Below are positions 9,116 to 19,163 of a DNA stretch of 64,000 nucleotides, one piece after another. The position numbers and the translations under genes are program-made. The DNA lies in the NCBI GenBank assembly GCA_023230525.1, contig JALNXE010000011.1, positions 844 through 64,843 on the forward strand, in the 5' to 3' direction. The stretch's first letter is position 1, and every line of letters starts with the position of its first letter. The notes beneath the pieces are model-generated. The model made no database searches, was not told the origin of the DNA, and saw only the letters and a list, made by a program, of their open reading frames with translations. The stretch comes from Desulfobulbaceae bacterium (GTDB lineage: Bacteria; Desulfobacterota; Desulfobulbia; Desulfobulbales; SURF-16).

Positions 9116-10852
9116 TCATTTTATGGCACCCCTGGCACCGATTTCCCGGTCCGCGCTTCCCGCCGATCTGCGGGCAAACTCTTTCCGGAAAAACCGGATA
9201 ATAAATTCCTCATCCATTCCTTCCGCCCACTGCCCCGGCCTGGTCATGGCATCCCTGACCCACGCCGGGATATCTTCCGTACTTTGTATTTTATTATCGC
9301 TTGGATGCACCTTTTCCGTGCAACTGGCAAAGCTGTCGCATATGCGAAAAGAGGCAGCCATCATCTTCAGCTCTTCTTCCGAGTACTCGCAATATTGGCT
9401 TATCTCCGGCATGATGGCCCTGAATTTATCCACGCCCAGCATAAGGATATGACACCGCAGGGGAATATTCAGCCACACCCAGTCCTCGTGCGTACTCGTA
9501 AGCATCTTCAGCGAAATGATCTCATGCCTGTCCCAGAAGCGATACTGCCGTTGGGTAAAATCCGCCTTTTTCAGATTCTCGCCAAAGACAAGGACCGCCT
9601 GTATCTCTTCGCTTTGCAATTTGCCGATGTCATGTATCAAGCCCGTTATCTCAAAAATAAGCACCGTTTTCCGGTCAAATCCATATGCCTTCGCCAGCCT
9701 CTTGGCAAGCCCTGAAACAGCCTCCAGGTGCAGCAAAACGGATTTTCCTCCGCGCGGATACTTGGCTGCCAGGTGGCGTACCACCACTCTCACATTCTTT
9801 TTAAGCTCCCTTAATTCGCTTAATGACTCAACCGGATGGCCCTTGGCCTTCTCCACCACATCCAAAGAAACAGTCGGCAATCGCCCTTTCTTTTCCGCAG
9901 CATCCTTGCCTGCCGGTTTTTTCTTTATTGATTTGACGGAAAAATCCCTGCATTCATCCGCCAACCCCTTGATGCCGTGTCGCAAAACCAACGGCCCCAG
10001 GGAAAAAATGTGGCTGATAATATCCTGCCGGATTTTTTTCATGGCCGCTTTCGACGGGTTTAATTGCCGCGCCAAATCTTCCAGAAATTTCTCCATCTTA
10101 TGCAAACCGGATTGCTGCAGCCTGTCCTGCGTGCGCCAATCCACATCATTAAAGACTTCCGGCGCGGCAATCCGGTAAACGGCTTCCCGCTCCTCAGGGC
10201 TTAGGCCTCCCTCTTGAGACGATAACTGCATAAAGCGCCCCACGATGACCTGCCTGAATTCTTTACTGAAACCAACATGCCCGGCAGGCGGCCATGGCGC
10301 GGGAACCGGCTCTGTCAACCCGGATGCCAGCAACTCCATGCCCCCGTCGCTGACAGTGTAAACCTGCGCAGCGTAAGCCACGCGGGTTAACAACTGGGCG
10401 ATGCCAGCCAATACCCCGAGAAACCTGCCGAAGGAATCATCCCTTTCCTGGGCAAAATCTTCGGGGTTATCCGAGAACCAGCCGAGCAGATTAGAGGCCG
10501 CTGCCACGATGTCCACTTTTTTATAGGCGTCGCGGTGCGCATTGATATTTTCCGTCGGAGCAAATGTATCCGCGCAGATCGCCCAAAACCTGCCCTCACC
10601 TTCCGCCGGCCTCCACTCTTTTCTTATTTTAACCAGCAATCTATCTATCAACCCGATGAACCCGGCGTTATCATTATTTTTATAACAACCTGCCAGGCCT
10701 GAGGCCAAAGTTTCCAATTCTCTTACCTGCTGATGGATTTCCCGGGAGTCAACGGTCAAGAAAGACGAGGATGCCCCCGATGCCAAAGCTCCGCTTATAA
10801 CCCGGACAAAAGCGGGGTTGTCTCCTTTTGTCACCATGGCATTATAAAGCAT
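9116..10852 (-). CDS. large hypothetical protein with a C-terminal HD (metal-dependent phosphohydrolase) domain
   Basis: 578 aa. HLEAVSGLAKRLA ... ITGLIHDIGK ... DRHE fits the H..HD..D pattern. I do not recognise the roughly 380 aa N-terminal region. Confidence 0.6.
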   Translation of the reverse strand: MLYNAMVTKGDNPAFVRVISGALASGASSSFLTVDSREIHQQVRELETLASGLAGCYKNNDNAGFIGLIDRLLVKIRKEWRPAEGEGRFWAICADTFAPTENINAHRDAYKKVDIVAAASNLLGWFSDNPEDFAQERDDSFGRFLGVLAGIAQLLTRVAYAAQVYTVSDGGMELLASGLTEPVPAPWPPAGHVGFSKEFRQVIVGRFMQLSSQEGGLSPEEREAVYRIAAPEVFNDVDWRTQDRLQQSGLHKMEKFLEDLARQLNPSKAAMKKIRQDIISHIFSLGPLVLRHGIKGLADECRDFSVKSIKKKPAGKDAAEKKGRLPTVSLDVVEKAKGHPVESLSELRELKKNVRVVVRHLAAKYPRGGKSVLLHLEAVSGLAKRLAKAYGFDRKTVLIFEITGLIHDIGKLQSEEIQAVLVFGENLKKADFTQRQYRFWDRHEIISLKMLTSTHEDWVWLNIPLRCHILMLGVDKFRAIMPEISQYCEYSEEELKMMAASFRICDSFASCTEKVHPSDNKIQSTEDIPAWVRDAMTRPGQWAEGMDEEFIIRFFRKEFARRSAGSADREIGARGAIK

Positions 10853-11339
10853 GAGGATAAAAATCCGCTAATGAGCGCGTGGCGCCTGAGATTATTTTCT
10901 GATCCGGGTTCATTTCATGTATCGTTTTTCGCCGTTCATTCCCGGCAGATTAAAATCAGTGAGAAGCAGCCGTGGCTTCATTGCTTTTCCCTAAACCTTC
11001 TCTCTCTATAGCGTCAAGCATCGCAGAAATCAACGCCTGCTCTTCCGATAAACGCGATTATCGGCGGTCACGGACCATCGCCGGCAAAGACGGCTGATCG
11101 CGGCAAGGTGATCCGCTTCATTTTCAGCTGAGTTCCGGTCGCTCTTGAAACCGGGATTTGCTTGAAAGATATTAAATTCGGATCTATATCTGATTTATAT
11201 TCTGCATTCAATGGAGGTCCGAATGATAAGCCTGCAGCTGATATAGAGCTGGGGCAAGTATTAACAGACAACAAACGCAGGTATTCTGCCCTGAAAACAG
11301 TACAGCGTAAATGATGAGAAAATAGACGAGGGTCAATCA

Positions 11340-12158
11340 ATGGAATCATATGTTGGGCTTATTGCGATGGGGTTGGTGCTGGGTGCCCTTGGCACGCTGA
11401 TCGGGGCCGGCGGTGGTTTTGTCTTGATGCCCGTGCTGCTTCTGATGTATCCCCACACGAGTCCGGAAACACTTACCTGCATCTCGCTGGCTGTCGTGTT
11501 CTTCAATGCCCTTTCAGGCTCGTGGGCCTATGCGCGGATGAGGCGCATCGACTATAAATCCGGGCTGCTGTTTGCCGCCGCCGCCGTGCCGGGAGCTGTC
11601 CTCGGCGCCTTGTCGACCGCCTATATCCCTCGCCACATCTTTGATGCCGTCAGTGGAGTGATGATGATCGCGGCGGCGGCCTATCTCTTGTTTCAGACCA
11701 TCGAGCATGGGAAAGCTTCCCGGGAAAAAAACAAGCCACACATTGCCGGAGATGAGGTTGCCACAAGCGAAACCGCGCATCAGGTTTCCTGTAATCTGCG
11801 GCTCGGAGTGGAGTTGAGCCTGTTTGTCGGGTATGTGTCGAGTTTGCTTGGTATCGGCGGCGGCATCATTCATGTGCCGATACTCGTTCGTGTTCTGAAG
11901 TTCCCCGTGCATATCGCGACCGCCACTTCACACTTTATTCTGGCAATCATGGCGCTGGCCGGGACAATTGTCCATATCGTCAGCGGTTCCTTTACGCATG
12001 GCGGTATCCACCGGACCATCGGCCTTTCCATTGGTGTTCTGCTTGGGGCGCAAGTGGGAGCGATGCTTTCCGCCCGGGTGAAAGGAATGTTGATTATCCG
12101 CGGCTTGGCGATAGCCCTGGCCTGTGTCGGATTGCAGCTCCTCCTGGCGATTTTTTAG
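11340..12158 (+). CDS. TauE/SafE (TSUP) family anion exporter, membrane protein
   Basis: 272 aa and polytopic. GAGGGFVLMPVLL and GIGGGIIHVPIL are the duplicated TSUP signature. Confidence 0.8.
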   Translation: MESYVGLIAMGLVLGALGTLIGAGGGFVLMPVLLLMYPHTSPETLTCISLAVVFFNALSGSWAYARMRRIDYKSGLLFAAAAVPGAVLGALSTAYIPRHIFDAVSGVMMIAAAAYLLFQTIEHGKASREKNKPHIAGDEVATSETAHQVSCNLRLGVELSLFVGYVSSLLGIGGGIIHVPILVRVLKFPVHIATATSHFILAIMALAGTIVHIVSGSFTHGGIHRTIGLSIGVLLGAQVGAMLSARVKGMLIIRGLAIALACVGLQLLLAIF

Positions 12159-12626
12159 CAGCATGTTTACCCCGGGAGGTCATTATGAGTTCGGCACGCA
12201 ACTTCATGATGCAACCCATGCGGCACCGAGGGGAAAATGGGGTCAGAGTCTGCTTTTGTCTTTTGTTAGCCTTTTTGGAGTTGACCCCTTCCTGATACTA
12301 CCCTTTGAATGGCATTAATCCGAATCGTTTTTGTAAAATTTAATCCGGCGCAACCTAAAATGAATCAGGAATAATGTTTACTTGCTGTATTCTTTCCACT
12401 CTTTTCCTTGCCATGACAAATCTCAATTGAAGTACAGTTATTCCTGCTTGTCACCTCTCGATAAAAGTGCTACTCCTTTTTTTTGACAAGAGCAAATCGG
12501 GGTAAAAATTCCTTTATAATGATGGGGGTCCGAGGCCCGCTTCGGCGGTTCAGTTCTACCAGAGTTTTGACGTCGGCTACGCGCCGTAAAAACTCTTAAT
12601 TCGTTTTAAATGCCAAGGAGGGAACT

Positions 12627-12863
12627 ATGAGTTTAGAAAAAGTGTCTGAGTCAAAACTGCTAGAAATACTGAACGCCGAGTTGCATAAGGAGGGTGACTA
12701 CACGGATTGTAGGTTCACTAGCGTACAGGCCCTTGCAGATACGGATGAAAACGGTTGCAACTGGTCAAGTGCAAATCTTCGGTGTAGTGGGGTATCTGCC
12801 GCAGCGTGCAAGCCAGTTGCGGACAGGGTCATTCAGTATGCTAAAACTAAATACCGAATTTGA
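12627..12863 (+). CDS. small hypothetical protein (AT-rich island)
   Basis: 78 aa with a strong RBS (AAGGAGG 6 nt upstream of ATG). No recognisable domain. Confidence 0.5.
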   Translation: MSLEKVSESKLLEILNAELHKEGDYTDCRFTSVQALADTDENGCNWSSANLRCSGVSAAACKPVADRVIQYAKTKYRI

Positions 12864-12956
12864 GGTTAGGGCCTTATGCATTTAACCAACCGCGCCACTC
12901 GGACGCACTAAAGTGCGCTGGTGCGCTCTACGTTTCACAAGTAAAAACTGGCTGAA

Positions 12957-13628
12957 ATGGTAAAAATAGAAGTCACTCTCATATCGTCGGATGGTCCTGA
13001 ACGCGAATCGGTGTCGTTTGAAATTCCCAAAGAGGAATGGACCCAACTTGTGTCTTTTCACGACGAAGTTGAGCGCCTACGATCGACACGGTTTGTGCAA
13101 AATGAACGTGGGGGACAGATTTCTTTCACGTGTAGTGTTAGAGAACCGCTTCGGTCAAATGCAAAGCTAGTCGACTTCGAGGAAGTAGGGACGATGCTTT
13201 TGAGGCTTCGTCCTTTCGTTTTGAACAAGGAAGCATACTATTTCCATAAGATTAAAAATATCCTGAAGCGGAGACTCGATCATCGAGCGTTTTGCATGCA
13301 TATCGGTCTACTTGACGACGGATTCTCACTTAAGTCAATGCAGTGTAAGATCAGCTTCGATGGCCAAGGGCGATCGCCGCTATCCGTGGCAATGGTAATG
13401 GATTGGCTCAATTCCTACGAGTACCACCGAGATCCTAACAAGCGGAAGGCAGTAGAACAGGACTTGGGCATTCTCGGTCGTGATCAGAATGGCCTGCCAG
13501 TGATATTGTTTGCCCTCGTTGACATGATCCAGTCTATACTCGACCTAGATAGCCTTGTCGAGACTCTTATGCAGGTGGAAAGTGGTGCACGTTCCAAGAT
13601 TGATTGTCCTTCTGGTTTCTTGACATGA
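12957..13628 (+). CDS. hypothetical protein (AT-rich island)
   Basis: 223 aa ORF with protein-like composition, no obvious RBS and no recognisable motif. Confidence 0.45.
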   Translation: MVKIEVTLISSDGPERESVSFEIPKEEWTQLVSFHDEVERLRSTRFVQNERGGQISFTCSVREPLRSNAKLVDFEEVGTMLLRLRPFVLNKEAYYFHKIKNILKRRLDHRAFCMHIGLLDDGFSLKSMQCKISFDGQGRSPLSVAMVMDWLNSYEYHRDPNKRKAVEQDLGILGRDQNGLPVILFALVDMIQSILDLDSLVETLMQVESGARSKIDCPSGFLT

Positions 13629-13938
13629 GTATAACTGGTTGATATTGTTCTAAACAACATTTGTTTTTTGCAACTAGTCATCAACATTTGTAGGAATATA
13701 ATTATGAAAATAGCATGCCTAGCCCTGCCCATTACCAATAAGTCGAAAGTCAAAAAGAATCTAACCCGTAAGTGCTTGTTTCTATATAAAGTGAGACCAG
13801 CATGGCGGTATTGCATAATGTTCGTAACCAATTGATATCTATGTATATAAATATTTGTGGGTAATGAGCAGGCCTAGGCACGGATGGATAAAAAACAAAA
13901 TAAGTTGACATAGAGTTTTAGCCTCGGAATCCTGCTCA

Positions 13939-14757
13939 ATGATTAAAAGTGTGTTAGAAAAAATTTCCAGAATATTGAAACATTTTCATATGTTAAGCTT
14001 GATTAATCTTTTTCATAAGAGCAATGGAAATAATACAAGCAAAAATAATGCATTGATCAATCAAAATAAAACTGAATTTTGTGAGAATCCTGATCAAATG
14101 AAATCGCTTGAAACACCAAATTTAATGGTAGCTCGGGCGGAAAATGAGAAAGAAGAAGCACTTCGAGATAATAATAAAAATGATCAACCTCATGAAATAA
14201 TAAAAAATATTAAAATAAACCATGAGATAGAGCGAAGAGAACGAGATTTACGCTTTAAACAAGGATACAAGGTAACAGATCAGCAAAAAAAAGATATTAA
14301 AGAAGATGTAATGCGTAATCAAAAAAATATTGATGAACTGGAAGAAGTAAAAAGAAATATTGCAATATTTCATGTAATAGAGGAACAAGAGCGAAGTTTA
14401 CGACGTCGTCAAGGGTATATACTATCAGATCAACAAAAAAAAGAGATCAAGGAAAAAGTTTTTGAGGAATATAAAGATACAATTTCAGATCTAGATGTAC
14501 ACAAGAAAAGATTAAATTCAATTCCTTCCCAGCCATCAGCTCAAAATAAAAAAACAGCGCCACAAAGTAGGCATGTTCCCCAAAAGGTAAAAAAAATTGT
14601 TATGACTAGAGATGGACGCAGATGCGTAAAATGTGGAGCTAGGGAATATTTAGAATATGACCATAAAATTCCTTTTTCAAAAGGAGGATCAAATCAAAAG
14701 GATAATATTCAGATATTGTGCAGAAAGTGTAACCTAAAAAAAGGGCCCAATATTTAG
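13939..14757 (+). CDS. HNH endonuclease with a repeat-containing charged N-terminal region
   Basis: C-terminal CVKCGAREYLEYDHKIPFSKGGSNQKDNIQILCRKCNLKKG is a canonical HNH (CxxC...H...N...H/CxxC) motif. The start codon is uncertain because no clear RBS is present. Confidence 0.7.
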   Translation: MIKSVLEKISRILKHFHMLSLINLFHKSNGNNTSKNNALINQNKTEFCENPDQMKSLETPNLMVARAENEKEEALRDNNKNDQPHEIIKNIKINHEIERRERDLRFKQGYKVTDQQKKDIKEDVMRNQKNIDELEEVKRNIAIFHVIEEQERSLRRRQGYILSDQQKKEIKEKVFEEYKDTISDLDVHKKRLNSIPSQPSAQNKKTAPQSRHVPQKVKKIVMTRDGRRCVKCGAREYLEYDHKIPFSKGGSNQKDNIQILCRKCNLKKGPNI

Positions 14758-15104
14758 TTGAAATGCCATTGAGCGCTGCCTTCCAGTCCCTAAGATTGCC
14801 ACACCGAACCTCTGAAGAAGTCAAACTGACTTCAGGGAGAGGTGTCTACTGTCCATTCGAAGTCAAAAAATCTTCTCTCCACCCCGAGTGAGGGGCCACT
14901 GTAACAGCGCACCATTTTACTATCGTATCCTCACTGTCAACCAACCTCATTCTGCTATCTTCTGCTCCTGCTTGAAGCCTTTCGTTGTCTGTGCTCGTAG
15001 TAGAATTTCCACCTTGTGGCCTTGTATAAATTTTCAGAGCCACTTCTCTACATTTATGCGAAGCTTCATTTATGCGAAGCTTCACAAAAACGTTCCATTG
15101 CTCC

Positions 15105-17066
15105 CTAAATCCCAGTTTGAACCAGTCTTTTTTTAACCTCTTTTCTCCTGTCATCCAGTGCCTGTGATTGTATTTCATCGCGGGCTGGCACAGGGGAGAG
15201 ATGATGCTCTAATATCGGAGGGGGCAGCAGGGATGAGGAGCTCGGCAGATTGCCTTCGGTGTTGATTTTGGTGATACCGTCATCGTTCCACCCGAAAGTC
15301 TCACCGTTCAGGATGATTTTTTCTTTATTGAACCAAACGGTCAAGTCGTCTGAATCCTCTTTCTTTTTTTCAGCTTCGATGCTAGGTGTGCCAACTTTGA
15401 AGAGATTATTGGTATACTTTATCGTTTTGGCTAATTGCTCGTCGGATCGAATGATTTGGGATTTGAAGACCATTTCTATATCGTAGCCTTCTGTTTCGGT
15501 TTTGTCCGCCGCAAGCTTTTCGCGAATAAGAGCGATGGAGATCTCCGCAGAACGTTTTTTCTTTATAAAAGATTTGATCGGAAATACGTCTTTAAAGGTC
15601 AGCACACTCATTTCCGGAAGGCCGGGCATCACGGCCGCATCGGCAGGATAGAAATCTTTCTCCCCGTCCTCATTCTTTAAACGCAACGTCACCAGGGAAT
15701 TTTCAGCCATCCAGCGCGTAGGCAAAAAAAGTGTAATATTGTCGCCCTTAAAAACATTGAGGGGGTTGAGAAGGGACTTGTCCGCAACCTGTAGCAACAC
15801 ACGGTCAAATTCAGGTTGTATTTTTTTTAAGATATCACTGTTTTGAATTTGCCCATAGAGCCACAGCAGATCGTAATTCTTCACCTTATCGTTTTTCAGC
15901 ACCATATCCATGATGCGATTGAAAACATCGACTCGAGCATTAAGCAGCAAAGCCGGACCGACTGCCCGAATCATATCAGGAGAGTCGATAAATGCGATAT
16001 GCCCGTTATCCAGATTGCGTAAAATCAGCTTGCCCGCCGCGTCAGAATCGCCCATCCGTCCATACTGAAGGGCCGCAAAAAGGATATTCCCCCAATCGGC
16101 ATCATCTGAATTGGCTAAAATCAGATCCAAATCGCTTTTAAGCATGGCAGGATCTGACTGTTCCACTTTCAACATGGTTTTGCACATGGCAACCGAGGCC
16201 GCATACGGATCCTTTCTCAAGATCCTCTGATTGATTTGCTGAAATTGATTGAAACAATCAATCGCCTCGTCATTTTTACCAATTTCCTGGGCCGCTTGAC
16301 CACGGTAATACCAGTAGGGCGGGAATTTTTGGAAACTATTTTCAATCCGCTTCAATTTGCGATACCGCCGTTCAAGGTCGGATTCCTTTAAAATATCAGT
16401 ATAATCGATGAGCTGTTTTTCATTCAATCTCCATTCGTCAGGCAAATTATATCGCCGCATCAACTCCCAGGAATATTTCAGCAGCTTTTTGTAAAAACTG
16501 TTGATGTCCTGCATGGTTTTTGCCTCAATTGCCCATTTTCCTTCCTCTTTCTCTTTAGCGTATGCATCCATTTGGGATCGGTAATTAAAGTAAAAGGACC
16601 CAGTGGAAAGTACTGCAGTTAAAACGCCCGCATAAGGGTTGAGAACCATGTCAGTATTGAAAATGCGCGACCTCACTCTATTTTTAAGCTCGTTTTGGAC
16701 ATTTTTATCAAAGCGGGTCAGGATGTAATCCCTTTCATGATCTTGAATTTTCGAACTTATGAGCAGGTCCATGAGTTCCTGAAGCAATGTTATGATGTCG
16801 GCGTCTGGAATATTGCTCAAATTCAAGTTATTGATGATGGTATTGTATTCCTGATCAAGAACCACCTTGTCATTATACGTCATGATATGGGTCAAAGAGA
16901 CCGCAATCAGGTTTAATGATTGCAATACCTGGAGTTGGGTCTGGTCCTTATTGAGGTCCGCCCGAATTTCCCTGGGGATAAACAACCCAGACAGCAGGAT
17001 GCAAATAAGAATTATAATCGCCCGTAGGCTCATGATAAATTTTCTTTGAATGATCCACATTTGCAT
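15105..17066 (-). CDS. large hypothetical secreted or membrane-anchored protein, possibly TPR-like
   Basis: ORF 15105..17147. The likely start is MQMWIIQRKFIMSLRAIIILICILLSGLF (17066), or M at 17033. N-terminal hydrophobic anchor. YWYYRGQAAQEIGKNDEAIDCFNQF looks TPR-like. AT-rich codon usage unlike the flanking genes. Confidence 0.55.
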   Translation of the reverse strand: MQMWIIQRKFIMSLRAIIILICILLSGLFIPREIRADLNKDQTQLQVLQSLNLIAVSLTHIMTYNDKVVLDQEYNTIINNLNLSNIPDADIITLLQELMDLLISSKIQDHERDYILTRFDKNVQNELKNRVRSRIFNTDMVLNPYAGVLTAVLSTGSFYFNYRSQMDAYAKEKEEGKWAIEAKTMQDINSFYKKLLKYSWELMRRYNLPDEWRLNEKQLIDYTDILKESDLERRYRKLKRIENSFQKFPPYWYYRGQAAQEIGKNDEAIDCFNQFQQINQRILRKDPYAASVAMCKTMLKVEQSDPAMLKSDLDLILANSDDADWGNILFAALQYGRMGDSDAAGKLILRNLDNGHIAFIDSPDMIRAVGPALLLNARVDVFNRIMDMVLKNDKVKNYDLLWLYGQIQNSDILKKIQPEFDRVLLQVADKSLLNPLNVFKGDNITLFLPTRWMAENSLVTLRLKNEDGEKDFYPADAAVMPGLPEMSVLTFKDVFPIKSFIKKKRSAEISIALIREKLAADKTETEGYDIEMVFKSQIIRSDEQLAKTIKYTNNLFKVGTPSIEAEKKKEDSDDLTVWFNKEKIILNGETFGWNDDGITKINTEGNLPSSSSLLPPPILEHHLSPVPARDEIQSQALDDRRKEVKKRLVQTGI

Positions 17067-17180
17067 TTTTCCATCCGTTGATGAGTCGGCTTTTGCTTCA
17101 GCCGTTAAGAATTTCCAATCATATTCTATATTGCATGAATCATGCAAAAGGCAAAGCCACTAGCTGTTTCAAGGTTCCCT

Positions 17181-18770
17181 TTACCTCGTCTCGATCCCCT
17201 TCTCTCGCATGTGTTCCTTCACCGCCGCAATGGGCACCTCCCGGCGGTGGAAGATGCCGGCGGCCAGGGCCGCCTCCACATCGGTGGCGGCAAAGACCTC
17301 GGAGAAATGCTCCACCTTGCCCGCCCCGCTTGAGGCGATGACCGGGATGGAGACCGCCCGGCGCACCTGGTTGATCAGCTCGATATCAAAGCCGCTGTTG
17401 GTGCCGTCCTTGTCGATGCAGTTGAGCAGGATCTCGCCTGCCCCAAGCTGCTCGCAGGCCGTGGCCAGCTGCACCACATCCACGTCCCGGCCCTCCCGGC
17501 CGCCCTTCACCGTGCACTGGTACCAGCAAAAGCGCTCCCCCTCTGGTCCGGGGAAGGCGGTTTCAATGGTATGATGTGTTGTCTCCTCCGGGCTTTTCAC
17601 ATAGACCCTTCTCGGGTCAATGGAGATGACCACGGCCTGGGCCCCGTAGACAATGGAGATCTGCTCAATGGAGCTTTTGCCGGTTTTGGTCCTATTCTTT
17701 AGATACTCCTCCACCGTGTAGACCGCATCGCTGCCGATGGAGATCTTGTCCGCCCCGCTGCGGAAATATTGCGAGGCCACGTCCAAGGCCGAATAGTGGC
17801 GGCCTTCGGTATCGGTGAATTCGCGGATGCCGCCGCCGATGGTCAGCGGCACAAAGACATTTTCCGAGGTCTGCTGCAGCACCTCCAGCATGGGCTGGTC
17901 CTTTAAGGGGAAATCCCGGAAGCCGGTGATATTGAGAAAGGTGATCTCATCGGCCCCCTCCTCGAAATAGCGGCGGGCAAGCTCCACGGGTTTGCCCAGG
18001 TTGCGCACCTCGCCCTCTTCCCGCACGTCGTACTGGTCGCCCTTGGTCACCACCAGATCCCCGTTGTCATTGCTGCGCACATCCAGGCAGGCGATGATGC
18101 GCTTGGCCAGCTTGGTCTCGCCGGCAGCATTGGCAACCGTGCCCGGTGCGGCAGCGGTGAAATCCGCCAGCTCCAGGAAATTCTGCAGAATCCGCAGGCC
18201 GGCCTCGCCGCTTTTTTCCGGATGAAACTGGAAGGCCGCCACATTGCCTTTCTGGACGCCGCTGACAAACTCCTCGCCGTAATCGGTGGTGGTCAGCACC
18301 CAGTCGCGGCTCTCCTCAGCCATTGAGGCCCGAAAGGAGTGGACAAAATAGAGTTTTTCCCCGGCATAGCCGGTAAACAGGGGTGACTGTTTTCTGACCT
18401 TGATGCCGTTCCAGCCGATCTGCGGCACGGAAAGATTGGAGGGCCGGAAACGGCTGATCTGGCCGGGGATGATGCCGAGCCCGGCCACGCCAGGGGTCTC
18501 CTCGCTGCCCTCATACAGGGTCTGCAGGCCCAGACAGATGCCGAGAAAGGGCTTGCCGCCCCTGATATGGGCCAGCAGGGGCTCCACATAGCCCATGCGC
18601 TGCAGCCGCTCCATGGCGCTGCCGAAACTGCCGACCCCTGGGAAGACCAGCTTTTCCGCCCGCCGGATATCCTCCGGGCAGGTCGCATCCTGCACCTCAA
18701 AGCCCAGTTTCCTGATGGCATTGCGCACACTGCGCACATTGCCGGCCCCGTAATCGAGTAATGTGATCAT
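17181..18770 (-). CDS. hisHF: bifunctional imidazole glycerol phosphate synthase, fused HisH (glutaminase) and HisF (cyclase)
   Basis: 529 aa. N-terminal GATase (LDYGAGNVRSV, GICLGLQ, FHPEKS). C-terminal HisF (RIIACLDV..., GADKISIGSDAV, ILLNCIDKDGTNSGFD, IASSGAG). Confidence 0.9.
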   Translation of the reverse strand: MITLLDYGAGNVRSVRNAIRKLGFEVQDATCPEDIRRAEKLVFPGVGSFGSAMERLQRMGYVEPLLAHIRGGKPFLGICLGLQTLYEGSEETPGVAGLGIIPGQISRFRPSNLSVPQIGWNGIKVRKQSPLFTGYAGEKLYFVHSFRASMAEESRDWVLTTTDYGEEFVSGVQKGNVAAFQFHPEKSGEAGLRILQNFLELADFTAAAPGTVANAAGETKLAKRIIACLDVRSNDNGDLVVTKGDQYDVREEGEVRNLGKPVELARRYFEEGADEITFLNITGFRDFPLKDQPMLEVLQQTSENVFVPLTIGGGIREFTDTEGRHYSALDVASQYFRSGADKISIGSDAVYTVEEYLKNRTKTGKSSIEQISIVYGAQAVVISIDPRRVYVKSPEETTHHTIETAFPGPEGERFCWYQCTVKGGREGRDVDVVQLATACEQLGAGEILLNCIDKDGTNSGFDIELINQVRRAVSIPVIASSGAGKVEHFSEVFAATDVEAALAAGIFHRREVPIAAVKEHMREKGIETR

Positions 18771-19163
18771 CTCTCTACACCTGATTGCTTAAACAGAATC
18801 TGCCGCATGGCGGCCCCTATAAAAAATCGAAACCGCCAGCATACCTGCCTTTTTTCCTCACCGCAACTTTCTTTGACTGCCAATACGTAATTTCAATAGG
18901 TTATGCCACCGGCTGGGATTCTGTCCTGCTACCATTAATGTGCCCTTGTGCCCCTTGCGGGTATAAAATACTTGAAGTACTTTAGGCACTCTTCGCGAAC
19001 TGCAATTCGGATATCCCGGCAAAATATATACCGAGGTCATGTTGTCTGAAATTATCGTTTACACGTTTTCCAATGCCGCAATTGACAGAAAAAGGACTTT
19101 GTTTTATAGATCAGCAGTTTGCCTTTCATTATCCGTCAGTCAACGAAACACACGGGGAAAAAC

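Noticed and set aside
14846-15178. 110 aa minus-strand ORF, and a GTGCG motif that suggested a group II intron 5' end
   Set aside because: The ORF overlaps the 3' end of the 650 aa gene and has no RBS or motif. No reverse transcriptase/maturase ORF or intron domain V/VI-like structure is nearby.
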